From Clostridia bacterium (GTDB taxonomy: Bacteria; Bacillota; Clostridia; Oscillospirales; CAG-382), in the NCBI GenBank assembly GCA_017397805.1, contig JAFQHW010000041.1:291-64290 (forward strand): a DNA stretch of 64,000 nucleotides, given 5' to 3'. Each line of letters begins with the position of its first letter. Positions within the stretch are counted from its first letter, which is position 1. The notes beneath the pieces were generated by a model. It was given only the letters and a program-made list of their open reading frames with translations. It was not told where the DNA came from and ran no database searches. Below are positions 29,516-37,702 of this stretch, in pieces. The translations under genes were made by a program, and so were the position numbers.

Positions 29516-31852
29516 TTACATCCCTACCTTTCCGTGAGTTTCTTTAAACTTTTTAATACCTTTACCTATGAAGACAAAGGCTGCAATAACAGCAACAACT
29601 GCTACTATCGTAATAATAAGTGTCAAGGGATCGGAGAAGAACTCTGCCATCGCCTCTGTACTGCCTCTCATCTTCAGTTCTACGAAAATAGTATAGATGA
29701 AGGAAGTGATCTTCTGGATAAGACTGGTAAACAGAATACCGATGAACATTACGAACGCCATACAAACGATACTACCGAGGATAGTAATCAAGTTCTTAAA
29801 CAACGCATAGTCGTGAATAACCATTACGCCAAAGAACAACAGCATAAACGTCCAAATAAATCCGAAGGTCGTAAGAAGGTTTACAAGACCCTGTTCATCA
29901 AGTACCGTAACGTTAGAGAACAAAACTGACGGGAATATAGTCAAAGGCAAAGGAAGTAATGAATAACAAGTGGTTATATAAACGTCCTTCAAGCTACCTT
30001 CACCGTCGAACAGAGTGGTAAGACACCAGTTGGAAATAACCCAAAGTGCAACGGGTAACAAGAGTGACAGCAACGTCATCGTTATGCTGGACGTTTCATC
30101 ATAAGGGTTGTACAAATAACCTTGACCCATAGATTGATAAACAAACGCCAATGCGGTTATCGCCAAGATAACGGTTGCACCCTTTATAGAACCACGTTTT
30201 TCATGCTTCAAATCCCAGAAACCGTCGAAGGGGTGCGTAAGGATATGGAAAGCATAGAAAACTTCTTCCTTGATGGTCCTCTTTTCTTTGTAAACCATGC
30301 CCTTCTTATTAACCTTGCCAACGTATCCCAAGAACTTAGCAAGTACAACGAAGAAAGCAACTACGATTATAGGAATAAGATATACCCATTTTTCAATCCA
30401 CTGCTTACGCAAAGCGGCGTATGCAACGGAATAGTTTTCGGTATCGTATGCCAACATACAATACTTCATAGACTCTTCATACTTACCTTCACGGTACAAG
30501 CTCTGAGCTATACCTATATAAGCACTGTCGTAATTGTTGTTGTGCTGAAGTATGCTCTTGTAATACTCAACGGACAAGTCATAATTCTGATCCAAGGTGT
30601 TCTGCAAAGCAGCCGCAACCAAATCACCGTATTCTGTTCTTTCGTAAACAGTGATGATGTTAAGGTCGCTGAGAACTAAAATCTTGGTACCCTGATATGC
30701 GATAGCGTTGAAGGTTGTACCCTGACCTATCTGTTCACCTTTATCACCGAATGCGAACAACAAGTTACCGTTGTTATCGTAGGTGAATATACGGCTGCGC
30801 TTTTGGTCAATAATGCTCCACATACCGGAAGGCCCAAGGGCAACGTCAACAACAACGGAAGCACCGGAAACCGTATTTTCAGCTGTTACGATTGTATTAA
30901 CGTCTACCTCACCGGAAGGAGGATAGAAGCCGTTACGTCTCATAACGTCGCTACCGTTGGGGTTAAGCTTCTTAACGGGAGCGTAGTTTGCGGATTTATC
31001 GCGGTTGGTAATCGCATCCTGCTGTGATTTAGCATCAATAGAGGATGTAGTAACGTAAAGGAAGCCTTCAGAGTCGATAGTGATGTTATTGTACTCTGTA
31101 GGAACGAACTTTTCACCTGCGGCTATCTGTTCTTCGGAAAGGAAGAGAGAACGCCACAAAATGGTAAATGCGTTATAGGAAACCTTTTGAGGACCGATGA
31201 AGTTGTTAAACGAGCCGTCTCTGTTAAGAGAGATAACACCGTAGTTTGTGCTCTGAGAAACAACGTACACACGGCCTGCTTGGTCAGCCGCAACAGCTAT
31301 AGGAGTATAAATGCTGTTAGCGGGCATTACGTCACTGCTGGGTTCGGGAACTATGTCAATGAAATTACCGAGTTTATCAAATATAACTATACGCTTATTC
31401 TTGGTATCAGCTACGTAAATCTCTGTATCGGACACATACAAACCTGTAGGACCGGACAAAGAGTCCTCTACGCCCTCGTTATTAACGAAAGTGCTGATGA
31501 CAAACTTCAAAACGTAATTCTTGTCAAGAACCTTTACGTCGTTCTTTATGGAGTCGGAAAGATAAACGTTCTCTTCCTCGTCCGTACAAACGTCCTCTAT
31601 TGAACCGAAAGCTACGTCGTCGGCGGTATAGAGACTGTTTGCATTAGGGTTCTCACCTGCTTCGAACTTTTTCAAAACAGAATTTGCAGTAATAAGCTCT
31701 GTTGAAACGTAAGCGTGAGGACTCTGTACCATCTTACCGTTTACGTCGTAAGTGTAAGTGGTATAAGGAACTGCCGCACTTGCGGATATGCTACCAAGAA
31801 GCATAACAACACAAAACGACATTGCTAAAAAACTTAATAATCGCTTTTTCAT
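29516..31852 (-). CDS. Membrane protein: signal peptide + NHL-type beta-propeller + TPR-like segment + C-terminal Yip1-like multi-TM domain
   Basis: 778 aa. NHL-like blades (e.g. GPTGLYVSDTEIYVADTKNKRIVIFDKLGNFI), a TPR-like stretch (YYKSILQHNNNYDSAYIGIAQSLYREGKYEESMKY), then ~7 hydrophobic helices. Confidence 0.7.
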   Translation of the reverse strand: MKKRLLSFLAMSFCVVMLLGSISASAAVPYTTYTYDVNGKMVQSPHAYVSTELITANSVLKKFEAGENPNANSLYTADDVAFGSIEDVCTDEEENVYLSDSIKNDVKVLDKNYVLKFVISTFVNNEGVEDSLSGPTGLYVSDTEIYVADTKNKRIVIFDKLGNFIDIVPEPSSDVMPANSIYTPIAVAADQAGRVYVVSQSTNYGVISLNRDGSFNNFIGPQKVSYNAFTILWRSLFLSEEQIAAGEKFVPTEYNNITIDSEGFLYVTTSSIDAKSQQDAITNRDKSANYAPVKKLNPNGSDVMRRNGFYPPSGEVDVNTIVTAENTVSGASVVVDVALGPSGMWSIIDQKRSRIFTYDNNGNLLFAFGDKGEQIGQGTTFNAIAYQGTKILVLSDLNIITVYERTEYGDLVAAALQNTLDQNYDLSVEYYKSILQHNNNYDSAYIGIAQSLYREGKYEESMKYCMLAYDTENYSVAYAALRKQWIEKWVYLIPIIVVAFFVVLAKFLGYVGKVNKKGMVYKEKRTIKEEVFYAFHILTHPFDGFWDLKHEKRGSIKGATVILAITALAFVYQSMGQGYLYNPYDETSSITMTLLSLLLPVALWVISNWCLTTLFDGEGSLKDVYITTCYSLLPLPLTIFPSVLFSNVTVLDEQGLVNLLTTFGFIWTFMLLFFGVMVIHDYALFKNLITILGSIVCMAFVMFIGILFTSLIQKITSFIYTIFVELKMRGSTEAMAEFFSDPLTLIITIVAVVAVIAAFVFIGKGIKKFKETHGKVGM

Positions 31853-31867
31853 GTTATCCTCCTTAAA

Positions 31868-32755
31868 TTAGTCCTTCATACCCGAAGTAGACATCGTTTC
31901 AATTACATTACTCTGTGTAATTATAAATACTATAATAGGAACTATCATCGTTACAACGGTAGAAGCAGCAGAAGCACCTGCTCTTGCTATACCTGCGGAT
32001 ACAACCTGGCTTATAGCATAGTTGAAGGTCTTAAGTTCCTCACTGTAAATGTACGTGCTGGAACCGCTGTTCCACAAACCGTTGAATGCGAATATGATAA
32101 GTGTTACCCACGCGGGCTTAACCATAGGCATTGCAATCTTCCAGAAGATCTTCATTTCGCTGGCGCCCTCAAGTCGTGCAGACTCAAGAACGGGGTCAGA
32201 TACTGAAGTTTCCATAAACTGCTTCATAAGGTACAAGCCGTATGTAGTACACCATGCGGGAACTATAATTGCCCAATAGGTATCAATCATGCCGAAAATA
32301 GACATGGTAATGAAGTTTGTGATACCGGTAACGGTAGAGTTAAACATCAAAGAGTAAACAACTATTTTGAAGAAGAACTTTCTACCGGGAAATGCAATCT
32401 TTGCCAATGCGTATGCCGCCAAAGAGGAGAAAAGCACGTTACCTGCAGTACCTATTACCGAAATAAACACTGTGTTGAATATATAACGGGAGAAAGGAAC
32501 CCAAGCATCGCCCAGCATACGGAACAAGTCTGTGTAGTTCTTAGCCGTAGGGTTTTCAACGAAAACTCTGGGAGGGAAACGCCACAACTCGTCAAGAGGC
32601 TTTAAGGACTGGGAAATAGCATAAACCATAGGGAAAATCATTATAACGCCGAACAGTGCGAGAAAGAAGAATATACCCGCATCGCCGCCTGCAGAACGGT
32701 TCAAACGCTTTGGTTTGTCGCCCTTCTTTTGTGCTCTGGTTAATGTTTTTGCCAT
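31868..32755 (-). CDS. Carbohydrate ABC transporter permease (MalG/LplC-like), first pair
   Basis: 295 aa. EAA loop VLESARLEGASEMKIFWKIAMPM. Confidence 0.88.
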   Translation of the reverse strand: MAKTLTRAQKKGDKPKRLNRSAGGDAGIFFFLALFGVIMIFPMVYAISQSLKPLDELWRFPPRVFVENPTAKNYTDLFRMLGDAWVPFSRYIFNTVFISVIGTAGNVLFSSLAAYALAKIAFPGRKFFFKIVVYSLMFNSTVTGITNFITMSIFGMIDTYWAIIVPAWCTTYGLYLMKQFMETSVSDPVLESARLEGASEMKIFWKIAMPMVKPAWVTLIIFAFNGLWNSGSSTYIYSEELKTFNYAISQVVSAGIARAGASAASTVVTMIVPIIVFIITQSNVIETMSTSGMKD

Positions 32756-32761
32756 AACTTA

Positions 32762-33709
32762 TCAGGTACCCACCTTTCTCAACATCTTTGTTACAAGTGC
32801 GTTCGCACCAACCATCATCATAAACAAGATGGTTGCAATTGCAGAAGCGTAACCCATCTCGAAACGGGATCCGCCGTAGTCCTGCAAATGGTGCATTATG
32901 GTATGCACGCAATAATCGGGGCTGGGGAAGCCAACCAAAGCCGTAATAACGGCACCGAAGCCGAAGGAGTTGGTTATTGCCAATATAGCACCGAGCATAA
33001 GCTGAGGCTTCATGGTAGGTAAAGTTATGTACCAAAGCTCTTGGAAACGGTGCTTGATACCGTCAACCGCACCCGCTTCGTACAAGGACTTATCAACAAC
33101 TTGAAAACCTGCGATAAAGGTAAGGAAGGACGTACCAAGGCTGGTCCACAATGCAACTACTATTACCAACGGGAAAATATAGTCGGTATCCTGGAACCAC
33201 AGTATAGGCGAGTTAATGAAGCCTAACTGCATAAGCCAAGAGTTAACAAGACCGTATTGGTCGCCGGAGAACAACAGTGTCCAAATCAAGTATACGTTAC
33301 CTGCAATAGAGGGAGCGTAGAATATAAGTGTTACAAACGCTCTGAGCTTAGGCTTAAGCTCGTTAATGAACCAAGCGATAAACAGAGAAAGCAAGTAAGA
33401 CACGGGACCGGTGATACATGCAAATATAAAGGTGTTTTTGATTGACAGAAGGAAAATATCATCGTCAAGGAAAAGCCTTATATAATTGTCAAACCATATG
33501 AAATCGGGAAACTCAAGCATATTAAAGGTAGTAAAACTTAAAACGACCGATAATAGCACGGGTACTACAGTGAAAGTGAAAAATAGAAGGAAGAAGGGTG
33601 CGATCATGAGATAAGCAACCTTATGCTTTTTCATTTCTATCCAAGTCCACTGGAGCTTTGATTTGTCTCTTCTAAGCACTGGCTGCTCAGATATAGTCTT
33701 TTGTTCCAT
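32762..33709 (-). CDS. Carbohydrate ABC transporter permease (MalF/LplB-like), first pair
   Basis: 315 aa. EAA loop SLYEAGAVDGIKHRFQELWYITLPT. Confidence 0.88.
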   Translation of the reverse strand: MEQKTISEQPVLRRDKSKLQWTWIEMKKHKVAYLMIAPFFLLFFTFTVVPVLLSVVLSFTTFNMLEFPDFIWFDNYIRLFLDDDIFLLSIKNTFIFACITGPVSYLLSLFIAWFINELKPKLRAFVTLIFYAPSIAGNVYLIWTLLFSGDQYGLVNSWLMQLGFINSPILWFQDTDYIFPLVIVVALWTSLGTSFLTFIAGFQVVDKSLYEAGAVDGIKHRFQELWYITLPTMKPQLMLGAILAITNSFGFGAVITALVGFPSPDYCVHTIMHHLQDYGGSRFEMGYASAIATILFMMMVGANALVTKMLRKVGT

Positions 33710-33748
33710 ATTAAATCTCCTTGAATATTTTTTAAAAAAGCATCATCC

Positions 33749-36700
33749 TCAATTATCCAGAGGGTAGTCTTCAGCTGTAGGCAAGTTGAACTCTTCCCTC
33801 TTACGAGAAAGCTCTGCATTAATCGTGGTTATATAAGACTGAAGTTTTTCAACAGGCTCGTCATCGTCGTTATAAACGCCCAAGAAAGCGAACTGTGCAT
33901 AACGTGCAATAATATAACCGCCGGGAAACTCAGGTGTACATGTTACGCTCTTAAACTGAGCGGAAAGGTTATCATACTCGCTCTTAGACCAAGGCATGGA
34001 GTAAAGAGCTTCCATGTTTGCCGTGTTCTGCTTTGCGGAGGGGCCAAGCAATGCTTCCATCTCGTTACCGTAGCTGCTCTGTGCATCTGCACCTGACCAC
34101 CACTGCATAAATACATAGGAAGCAAACTCATTACCTCTCTCCTCAACGGAGCGAAGCATCATCATGGTTGTAACGGTACCAACCGTGGTATTATTAATTA
34201 TACCGGTAGTTTCGTCGATTGTACCGGGAAGCGGAGTGAACTCCCACATACCGTTAATTTCAGGTGCGAATACGATAAGCTGATTGTATGCTGTGTAGTC
34301 TGCAACTGCTATAGGCATTTCGCCGGAACGGAAACGGTTTGCAAAGTCATATGTTACGGGGAAATCATACATCGTATAAAGCTGACAAACATCCTCGAAA
34401 CAAGCAAGCGCCGTTTCATCATCCAAGTTAATTGTCATACCGTCTGTCTTAGGTATTGCATTGCCCTCGTCGTCGTAGTAAATATTGCCGGATTCTTCCA
34501 ACTTCTTACGATATTCTTCATTATTTAAATATGCATCGTAGTTACCTTGGTCGTACATAGTGATGCCCTGCTGGTACATCCAAATAGTAGAACCGGTTAC
34601 ACCGTTGGGGAAACCAATCTCAAGCTTGTTAGACTGGAGGGTATAAATCATCTGATAGAAATCATCCCAAGTGTTGGGAACCTTCAAATCAAGCTCTGCC
34701 AAAATGTCTTTTCTGTAGAACATCATATAGAAAGACATATTTTCGGGGATGCCGTACATCTTACCGTAAAGTGTAAGAGGAACGGAAGCTTGAGGGGTAA
34801 AGCGTTGCTTAACTTCGTCTATTCTATCTACACGCCAATCGAGCTCACCGTCAGCAGTGTACAATATATTGCCATCATTATCTTTATAGTAATTGCTGTA
34901 TACGGAGTCATCTGCGTAAGCAGAGAAGTCGTTAAAGTTATAACCCTTTACGTCGTCTTCGGGACCGTACTCCGTTGTGTCGTTAAGAGCCATTACCGCA
35001 GAACGGATAGCGTAGTTAATGGCTTCAGTCTGTGCGTTACCCAAAGCAACGTCAGGACCGGTGCCTGCCAACGTAGAGGGAAGCAACGTGCCCGCTGCAA
35101 CGAGCTTAACCTTAATGTCAATGCCCGGATACATGGCCGTAAACTTATCGTCCACAAGGTTTCTCAATATGGAAGCCTGGTCACGACCGGTTGTAACCCA
35201 AACCTCAACAGTATGTGCAGAGTCAGCAACAACTGCAACTGTTTCGGAAGTACTGCTTATAGAAGTATAATCTATAAAGAAGGACATTATAAACTTAAGG
35301 ATTTCTTGCCAAAGTTCCTTAAAGAAACCTGCCTCCGCTTCGGGGATCTCATCAGAGGGAGACATAACCTTTATGTAGTCTATGTTGAGGGGCTGGTTCT
35401 GAGTTTGGGTAAGCCAAGTACCCAAAGAACCGCTTTGAGTTTTAAGGTCGTCCATCAAAGAAGCTATCTTTGCGGGAGAGTTACCCATCTGGCTAACGGT
35501 ATATGCAACCTTTTCCAAAGTTACGGAGTGGTCGCCGGGGCCCATTGCAGCAACAAGTTGATCGTAAATCTTATAAAGATTATCAGCTTCTATTCTAAGA
35601 CCTCTTACAACTTCGGGAAGCGTACGCTCAAAGCTGTAGTCACGATATTCATCAGGGTCGGGACCTGTGATCATGAGTATTTTTCTATAATAAGAGTTAA
35701 TGTTGTTAAGGGAAACAGATACGTCGCTGAGAAGTTCAGCCATTTCGCCGAGAACAACTTCAAATCTGAGAGTGTAGGTATGGTCAGCTTCCAAATAGAA
35801 TTTGAAATCGGTTTTTCCGTCGGTAAGAGAACCGGTATGCCATACGTCACTATAATCAAAGCGGAGAGCCGCAGCTTCTGCAAAAGGAAGCTCACCGTCT
35901 ATGTACAATCTTCTGGATACGAATACGCCGGAATAGAAGTCCTGAATAGAACGGGGAACAATATTGTAAAAGCCCGTTTCGGGAACGGTCACCTGCCATT
36001 CGATCCATTGGCCTACGTACTGCCATTTATCGCCGCCGATCTCGTTAAGGATGGTGCAAGAAACGTCCTGAGGTTCCGTATATGCGGAAGTTCTGTCGCT
36101 GGTCTGATAAATGGTGTTGGAAGAAGTCTTGTAAGAATCTTCACCTTGGATAGTAACAGCAACACCGGAGGATACGTCCTTTGCGTCCTTATGTGCTTCG
36201 AGATACTCTTCATAAGTAGGTGCTGTTTCAACAGGAACGAAAGCAATTCTTGAATAAGCAATAGGCTCTCTTATAGCGTCAAGAGTTACGGTGTGCTTAC
36301 CTGCCTCAAAATAAAACATAAGAGGCTCGGATGCGTAACCGGTAGAGTCATATACGTTAGTGGAAACCCATTCGGAGAACAAAACCTTGTCGGGCTTCTT
36401 CTCGTTACCGTTGCCGTCCTTGAGGAAAAGTGTTTCGCCTTTTTTCTTTGCTTCGGACAAAGCTGCGAAATACTCATCCGTGTTGGAATAAACGTCTTCG
36501 CCGTTAATCCTGTAAGAATCAAGCCAGGTGCGCTGAAATTCAACGGAACGTGCTTCTTTGTAAGGAATAGCACCATCGATAAGAACTTTTCTCTCAATTG
36601 CAGAGTTCTTAGCGCTTATCATGTCAAGCTTAGCACCGCACTTTTCGCATTTCGTTTCCGTAGCGGATACGTCGTCACGCTTTTCAGCAGTAGCGTAAAG

Positions 36701-37201
36701 CGCATGACCGTCGTCACAGCTATCAGAGGGATAGAAATATACGTTGCCGGTGTAATAACCGATGTTAAGCCAATAAAAACCGGTTTGACTAACTTCGAAG
36801 TTAAAAGTTACTTCGCCGTCATCACCAACGATCAACGCACTGAAACTTTCACCGTTTACGCCTAAAACGCCGGGAAAGTCCTTTGCGTTCTCAAAATATT
36901 CAACCGTTGCATCGTGATTCTTTTCATCAAGGCAAGTTGCCATATCAATCACAATTTCTTCGGTTACATTCTTATCCTGAGAATAAGAATTAACGTTTAG
37001 ATAGTCAGAATAAGAAGTAGATGAAAGCTCATCTTTTATGTCTGACAAATCTGTCCTAACCATAGAATCCGGAAGCTCCATGGTTTCGGAATCATCATTA
37101 GTAGCGCTTGCGTTTCCGACAGAGCCAAAGCCTGTTAAAAGCATAACAAGCATTAGCATAAACACAAACACTCTTTTGGGCTTAGAAGTTACTCTCGCCA
37201 T
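33749..37201 (-). CDS. Giant extracellular solute-binding protein: two N-terminal CBM-like beta-sandwich modules + family-1-type SBP domain
   Basis: The ORF begins at a TTG (37222); trimmed to the ATG at 37201 (AGGAGG 9 nt upstream). Signal/anchor FVFMLMLVMLLTGFG. The C-terminal half looks SBP-like (VEVWVTTGRDQASILRNLVDDKF...). Confidence 0.75.
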   Translation of the reverse strand: MARVTSKPKRVFVFMLMLVMLLTGFGSVGNASATNDDSETMELPDSMVRTDLSDIKDELSSTSYSDYLNVNSYSQDKNVTEEIVIDMATCLDEKNHDATVEYFENAKDFPGVLGVNGESFSALIVGDDGEVTFNFEVSQTGFYWLNIGYYTGNVYFYPSDSCDDGHALYATAEKRDDVSATETKCEKCGAKLDMISAKNSAIERKVLIDGAIPYKEARSVEFQRTWLDSYRINGEDVYSNTDEYFAALSEAKKKGETLFLKDGNGNEKKPDKVLFSEWVSTNVYDSTGYASEPLMFYFEAGKHTVTLDAIREPIAYSRIAFVPVETAPTYEEYLEAHKDAKDVSSGVAVTIQGEDSYKTSSNTIYQTSDRTSAYTEPQDVSCTILNEIGGDKWQYVGQWIEWQVTVPETGFYNIVPRSIQDFYSGVFVSRRLYIDGELPFAEAAALRFDYSDVWHTGSLTDGKTDFKFYLEADHTYTLRFEVVLGEMAELLSDVSVSLNNINSYYRKILMITGPDPDEYRDYSFERTLPEVVRGLRIEADNLYKIYDQLVAAMGPGDHSVTLEKVAYTVSQMGNSPAKIASLMDDLKTQSGSLGTWLTQTQNQPLNIDYIKVMSPSDEIPEAEAGFFKELWQEILKFIMSFFIDYTSISSTSETVAVVADSAHTVEVWVTTGRDQASILRNLVDDKFTAMYPGIDIKVKLVAAGTLLPSTLAGTGPDVALGNAQTEAINYAIRSAVMALNDTTEYGPEDDVKGYNFNDFSAYADDSVYSNYYKDNDGNILYTADGELDWRVDRIDEVKQRFTPQASVPLTLYGKMYGIPENMSFYMMFYRKDILAELDLKVPNTWDDFYQMIYTLQSNKLEIGFPNGVTGSTIWMYQQGITMYDQGNYDAYLNNEEYRKKLEESGNIYYDDEGNAIPKTDGMTINLDDETALACFEDVCQLYTMYDFPVTYDFANRFRSGEMPIAVADYTAYNQLIVFAPEINGMWEFTPLPGTIDETTGIINNTTVGTVTTMMMLRSVEERGNEFASYVFMQWWSGADAQSSYGNEMEALLGPSAKQNTANMEALYSMPWSKSEYDNLSAQFKSVTCTPEFPGGYIIARYAQFAFLGVYNDDDEPVEKLQSYITTINAELSRKREEFNLPTAEDYPLDN

Positions 37202-37259
37202 TCCAACATTCCTCCTGAACAATTACTGTATAATATTACATCATACAAATACATGCTTT

Positions 37260-37288
37260 ATATTAGCAGATTTAGTAATCCTTGTCAA
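37260..37288 (-). promoter_or_regulatory. Sigma-A promoter of the ABC/glycan operon
   Basis: Minus strand TTGACA (37288..37283), 17 nt, TAATAT (37265..37260), ~58 nt upstream of the ATG at 37201. Confidence 0.6.
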
Positions 37289-37653
37289 GCTTTCATACAT
37301 ATATATGCAGAGCAAAAATCAAGGCTTGTTTCACAAAATGCGTTTGTTAATTGTTTGTTCACAGTTGGTTATTTTTGAAGTAATGCTCAAGTCAGAAAAG
37401 ACGACGATAACGTTAAGCATTTTTACAACAATGAAATACCCCCTTTTATTCAGCAAAAAAAGCCGATTGGACTGTTTTTTGGACGAGATGATAGGTTTTA
37501 ACCCCACTTATTCAAACTATAACAAGACAATAAAGTGTATTTTAGCCATCAAAAATGCGCAGAGTTCAATCTCTGCCTCCTCAGCATTTTGCACTATTTT
37601 GTGTATTCTGTTTTGTTTCATTTTTACAAAACCACCTGTATCGAAACGAAAAG

Positions 37654-37694
37654 CAAAAAAAGATGCACAAAACATTTGTTCGCGCATCTTTTTT
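37654..37694 (-). terminator. Terminator after the VanY-like gene (A/T runs on both sides)
   Basis: AGATGCAC (37661-37668) / GCGCATCT (37682-37689), one mismatch, flanked by A7 and T6. Confidence 0.6.
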
Positions 37695-37702
37695 CGATAT
37701 TT

